DNA of 28,997 bases from a virus (Duplodnaviria; Caudoviricetes). The DNA is taken from positions 1-28,997 of IMG/VR virus record IMGVR_UViG_3300035392_000125. One strand, given 5' to 3'. Of the stretch, positions 25,701 to 28,997 are shown in pieces (position 1 is the first letter of the stretch; every line of letters begins with the position of its first letter). The notes beneath the pieces are model-generated. The model did no database searches and was not told the DNA's origin. It saw only the letters and a program-made list of their open reading frames with translations. The position numbers and the translations under genes were made by a program.

Positions 25701-26762
25701 AACGAAATGGTAGCGCACGAAGGCTTAAAAGTTGACTTTACTAAAAAGGAACTTGAGTTTAAGAAAGCCACTCTAACTCAGATTCACGATGCGTATAAAA
25801 CCCAAGTCACCGCCCTAAACGCCCTTGAGCAAGAACACCGCGACAAAGCGATCGCTCTCGACAAAGAGATTAAGGATGTAAAAAAACAAGGCGCGGCGGG
25901 TGAACGTGAAATTGCCCGTGCGGGCATGACAGAAGGCGAAGTTGCGGCGGATAAAACGCTTGAAATAGAGCAGAAAACCGCGCAATACCGCGAAATGATG
26001 CGTAATAAAGACTATACGCAAGCCGCCGAAATCGGCAAAGAACTCAATGCCCTGACCAAAGAACAAGGCATGGATGCGGTTAAAAATGCAGCCGCAGGTG
26101 ATAAAAAGAGTGCCGCACAAACCGCGCAAAACAACTATAAGCAATCGATTGACCTGACAACGCAAGCCTTGGAAGCGCAAAAAGCCGAAGAACAAGCCAA
26201 AGCCGCCGAAGTCAAAGCACAAGCGGATTTGCAGCGCAAAGCTTTTGAAAATGTTGGTAATCAGATTCAAGCTTTAAATGACACCTTGACCAAAGGCGCA
26301 GCGTTAAAAATTGTTGTTGACAGTAGCGAAGTGGATAAAGCCAAACAGAAAATTGACGCGCTAAATACAGAAAAGTCAGTTGATGCGCCAACACAAGAAA
26401 GCCCTGTGCCTGCACAGAAAAAGATATACAAAACCGTTGTAGATGGCAAAACAAGCTACAGCGATACGAGTACAAGTGATGCAAAAATCACCCCGCCACC
26501 CGTGCAAAACACGCCACTGCCAGCGCATATTTCGGAAATGATTAAACAACTCAAGCCGTTGAACTTGCCTAATGTATCGCAGATTCAAAATGCCCAAACA
26601 AATCAAAATAAGCAAGAAAAAGTCTTAGGCGTGTACAAACTTGAACTCGCCTCGCCCGCTGGAACAGTGAATGCAACGATTAAACCTGAAGACAAAGACA
26701 TCTTTGAAGCCTATCAACGCTATGCAAAATCGCGTGGACGCATGACACGGGACGGTTATTGA
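22779..26762 (+). CDS. Tape measure protein
   Basis: 1327 aa, Ala-rich helical; N-terminal tape-measure domain LSQALSQG.VQ..EFNQI.E. Confidence 0.92.
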   Translation: MSSDLKLKIQINGDATGGKKAVDDTENSVKSLGNRANETKNYLTGLFGISIGGFFTTKLVEAVQVIQDLRLKLSGLTTSQQDYANSEAYLTDLSGRHHKSVGDLTDNYAKLLVMEQSGVITRQQSTQMLEGFSNVMSKTGASSVQTGQALYGLSQALSQGTVQSAEFNQIIEPLPGLGNHIAEAFGVKTVGALRKLIGAGQVTSEAFGVAMVKALQKYDGAAERSAGTLTATYADVSSAYTQMAKEVEKPVAGLATGTVNLGKEAFGWIKENKNLIAGAIELIAATYAGKGVAAVAAYTKSIYANLVAQKEAIAATIKEAEDKVAATTAAQAAAVAKNREAQANVALIDSNLGLVKSSLQVESASLAATNAKIASARAAVSALTTTLDLAEAQLVLAKNELAAAEAAYSQALANTSLLSSQAATIASALNQSKAQETVAASALVTASANVNLIQSNLALVNADRAAESATLASANAQIARSKAAIAAMSATTQTTSIQYLLRQETEKLTAAESARALSLSKLATLGSKASAINETLALSSAQQSAAQTALNQAKANTAVLESNLALVKSDIRAATATIELTNARIGSAKAAIATLESDTQTIESKRLLTIETAKLAAAETERSASQARLIALSKQANAIAVQQAAATQTQIAAQNEVVAANIAQTASQNALNETTARSGLLMTKLGGAMKSALAFVGGPIGAAAIALYGLYLGLEKVTDSEGRAAAKAKVFADAVSQANEDIKKMSLGEVGFDTQKTEKNISAVKAKVAELEKFSFKNLFNLGDVSSQRANLLQQLDILAERKKQLVTGTNEKLINFDGSKLSAEGLTDELIKTQQQIDDLTAKIEPLKAKQGEGKLSIYDQTALQQDELRLNAFTAKMSNLNNDPRVKDGSIAPLTKKQEKAAAQQAKLDEKIQAESFKNQLSTFKDAEDEKVRLIKNSGQTQSQIDAQVFQTKLKSAREATDFIKAQYVIERNEMVAHEGLKVDFTKKELEFKKATLTQIHDAYKTQVTALNALEQEHRDKAIALDKEIKDVKKQGAAGEREIARAGMTEGEVAADKTLEIEQKTAQYREMMRNKDYTQAAEIGKELNALTKEQGMDAVKNAAAGDKKSAAQTAQNNYKQSIDLTTQALEAQKAEEQAKAAEVKAQADLQRKAFENVGNQIQALNDTLTKGAALKIVVDSSEVDKAKQKIDALNTEKSVDAPTQESPVPAQKKIYKTVVDGKTSYSDTSTSDAKITPPPVQNTPLPAHISEMIKQLKPLNLPNVSQIQNAQTNQNKQEKVLGVYKLELASPAGTVNATIKPEDKDIFEAYQRYAKSRGRMTRDGY

Positions 26763-27115
26763 TGGCAACGTTAGGCGCGATTAATTTAGGCGGCAACACG
26801 CGCTGGATAAACGAATTTGCCGATTCCGCTGTTGAAAATAAACAAAAATGGACGGAAGAAGGACGGTTGTTTGTATTTCAAAAAGTGAAACAGAAGTACA
26901 GAAAGCTAAATTATGACTGTGGCTGGCAAACTTATCAAACCATGCAGGCTTTAGCCGTGTTAAAGGATAGCGGCGCAGTGTCAGTTTTAACGCATAACGA
27001 CAGCCGTACTTTTAATGTGATTTTAGACAAAATTGAAGCCGAACCTGTTCGAAATACCAGCTATCATGCCGCTGATAAAAAATTTAGTGTTGTGTTAACT
27101 CTTTTAGAAGTTTGA
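26762..27115 (+). CDS. Putative distal tail protein
   Basis: First gene after tape measure; W.NEF, G.L.V and C-terminal L.LLEV. Confidence 0.55.
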   Translation: MATLGAINLGGNTRWINEFADSAVENKQKWTEEGRLFVFQKVKQKYRKLNYDCGWQTYQTMQALAVLKDSGAVSVLTHNDSRTFNVILDKIEAEPVRNTSYHAADKKFSVVLTLLEV

Positions 27116-27117
27116 CG

Positions 27118-27999
27118 ATGGCTAAACTTACACACATTGTTGATTGGACAATCAAAAATATTCGCATTGAAGCGCATCCTACACCGTCACATTACGGCTG
27201 GAATCCTTATGCGTGTTTTACGGTCTATCCAGTCAGTGGTGTCATCGTGCGAGCTACTGTAGGCACAATTACCAGCAAAGGCGGCACATCAAAACTTGTG
27301 TCTGAATCTGTGTCAGTTACAAAGCGACTAACGCAAGTTGGTATGGTCATTAACAGTTTGGTATCGTACAGCGGCGTGTTATTTGATGAAAATGACAATT
27401 TAGTAACCCCAAACTTTAGCGTCAGCAACGGAATGTTATTATGCGCGGCGGATTGCACGGGAAACGTGGTAATTGAATATTATGCAACCGTTCACTTGTT
27501 TGAGTATAACGCGCAGATTGACAATATGGCAGGCGGCGGCGTGAACATTAAGCGTGGTCTGGTTTTCGCTTATGATGCCAATGCGCCGAAAAACATCACG
27601 CAATACGAAATACCGGAAAATCCGTTTAGCGCAACAGAACAAGTCCGATTAGCCCGGGTCTACAGAGAAATTTTAGTGGCTGATAAACGTTATGAAATGC
27701 CCGAGACACTTACCGATGCTCAAATCGCCTACGCGCACTATCCATCGGCCGATGTGTCTGAACTTGATGTGTCAACGCGAAAAGATGAGCTAACCCAGTA
27801 CGAACTTTTGTGGGACGGCTTTAATGTGCAGCATCGTGACCGTTACACCAAGGATTGGTGTTACCCAACTACGGACAGTGCGCAAGGGTTTTTCGGTGTA
27901 GTGTGGAAATTTTCGGAAGAAGTGCCAGAAGAATTGGCAACTAATCAACAGGTTATTGACGCGCTTGCTGCATTAAAACTCAAATTTGGAGTTGCATAA
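27118..27999 (+). CDS. Putative tail structural protein
   Basis: Beta-rich ORF of ~293 aa in the tail operon. Confidence 0.55.
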   Translation: MAKLTHIVDWTIKNIRIEAHPTPSHYGWNPYACFTVYPVSGVIVRATVGTITSKGGTSKLVSESVSVTKRLTQVGMVINSLVSYSGVLFDENDNLVTPNFSVSNGMLLCAADCTGNVVIEYYATVHLFEYNAQIDNMAGGGVNIKRGLVFAYDANAPKNITQYEIPENPFSATEQVRLARVYREILVADKRYEMPETLTDAQIAYAHYPSADVSELDVSTRKDELTQYELLWDGFNVQHRDRYTKDWCYPTTDSAQGFFGVVWKFSEEVPEELATNQQVIDALAALKLKFGVA

Positions 28000-28997
28000 T
28001 GTTCAACTTTGCTGATGAACCGCCGTTAAATGTCGAAAACAAAAAAACCAGCGGTTTTATGTGCCAAGCCCCCGCGCTGCGTTTTATTCCCACAAAAAAA
28101 ACGGGCTTTCAACCAGAAAAAATCCAACAAAAACAATGCGGTAATATCGAATGGACGGATGGTAAAATCACATTATCTTGGGACGGTTCGCACCGTTACC
28201 AATACCAAACTGGGCGAAAAGTCTATAAAAATGGGCGGGTTTTTTTAGATTTAGAAGCGATAAATATTGATGGGCAAATCATGGGGTGCGCGGCAAAAAG
28301 TAATATCACAGTCGTTTTTTTGTGGTCAAGTGGCAGTATCAATATTCGGTTTTTCCAAAAAAAACAACCCTACATTCACATTACAATCGCGTCAAACTTA
28401 ACGGGGTTTATGCCCTTGCAACTCGCCGCAATCAATAAATCAGTCACTAAATCCGCCTTGCTTTTTTCCGATGATTTTACCAACCGTCTGATTTTAATTG
28501 ACCTTGACACAACAAATAATGACCCTAATTTGTGGGCAGTGAAAACTTCGGAATCTAATCAAGATTTGCTCGGAACATCAATTCCAAACGGCTTTACCGC
28601 TACCATTTTAGCTGCGGTTGATTTTAATGAAGACGAGCGGGTTGATTTTTTTATAACAACAAAAGCTACGAGTGCAACAACAAATACTTATGTGACAAAT
28701 GAAAGCAGCGCAGCGAAATGGGAATACACAAAAAGATACAACTTTTGTTACATCGGCGGCGATTATTACAGCGAGCTAGATCCTCTGTGGAACGTGCCTG
28801 ATTCTGGTGGACAAACATGGGATCAGAGGGCGACATTTCGAGGCACAAAATACGAGGGCATTACTGTCAAATATAATTACAATGACTCGACTTTTACATC
28901 AAGCGTGCAGAAAGATGTCGATATAAACAACAACATCGGCAAACAACACTTTCGCGCTTATAACAGCGTAAGCTCAACACGCACAAAGACTTATCCA
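27999..28997 (+). CDS. Putative tail tip or receptor-binding protein (partial, not in ORF track)
   Basis: ATG overlaps the upstream TAA; frame is open for 333 codons to the window edge (MFNFADEPPLNVENKKTSGF...STRTKTYP). Confidence 0.75.
   Translation, partial: MFNFADEPPLNVENKKTSGFMCQAPALRFIPTKKTGFQPEKIQQKQCGNIEWTDGKITLSWDGSHRYQYQTGRKVYKNGRVFLDLEAINIDGQIMGCAAKSNITVVFLWSSGSINIRFFQKKQPYIHITIASNLTGFMPLQLAAINKSVTKSALLFSDDFTNRLILIDLDTTNNDPNLWAVKTSESNQDLLGTSIPNGFTATILAAVDFNEDERVDFFITTKATSATTNTYVTNESSAAKWEYTKRYNFCYIGGDYYSELDPLWNVPDSGGQTWDQRATFRGTKYEGITVKYNYNDSTFTSSVQKDVDINNNIGKQHFRAYNSVSSTRTKTYP

Larger units (their letters stand above)
1121..28997. mobile_element. Mu-like transposable prophage with siphovirus-type tail, right end outside window
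   Basis: DDE transposase, B ATPase, GemA, Mor, DUF1804, DUF935 portal, gpF, gpG, gpI, gp36. Left boundary inferred from TG at 1121 and the change in composition. Confidence 0.93.

Noticed and set aside
243-28848. Many short ORFs antisense to or overlapping larger genes (e.g. 4100-4432, 10638-11024, 24431-24829, 25815-26270)
   Set aside because: They are shadows of well-supported genes, with no SD or motifs noticed.
28030-28848. ORF-track entries 28030-28248 and 28666-28848
   Set aside because: Both lie within the longer open frame starting at 27999.
1-28997. tRNA, rRNA, reverse transcriptase/DGR or invertase
   Set aside because: None recognised by eye. A covariance-model search would be needed to exclude small RNAs.

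Overview
Bases 1-~1120 are host DNA from a TerY-P type locus: the 3' end of a TerY-C metal-binding gene and a PP2C-like phosphatase gene. The phosphatase gene appears cut at ~1121 by a Mu-like transposable prophage that fills the rest of the window; the right end is not visible. The prophage has an unusual two-arm layout. The repressor sits in the middle (~16.5 kb). The leftward arm carries ner, DUF3102, transposase A, ATPase B, DUF3164, gemA, mor, terS, terL, portal, gpF, gpG and a terminal DNA methyltransferase. The rightward arm carries protease/scaffold, capsid, decoration, head-tail and non-contractile tail genes. Notable signals: a perfect 26-bp palindrome inside the DUF3102 coding sequence; two matching activator-box promoters with identical geometry; a Cys-rich inserted gene whose Cys pattern resembles the host TerY-C domain; no endolysin at the usual position; a gyrase-site-like tract; several long palindromes next to the repressor. 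All family calls come from motif recognition and gene order, not database searches.
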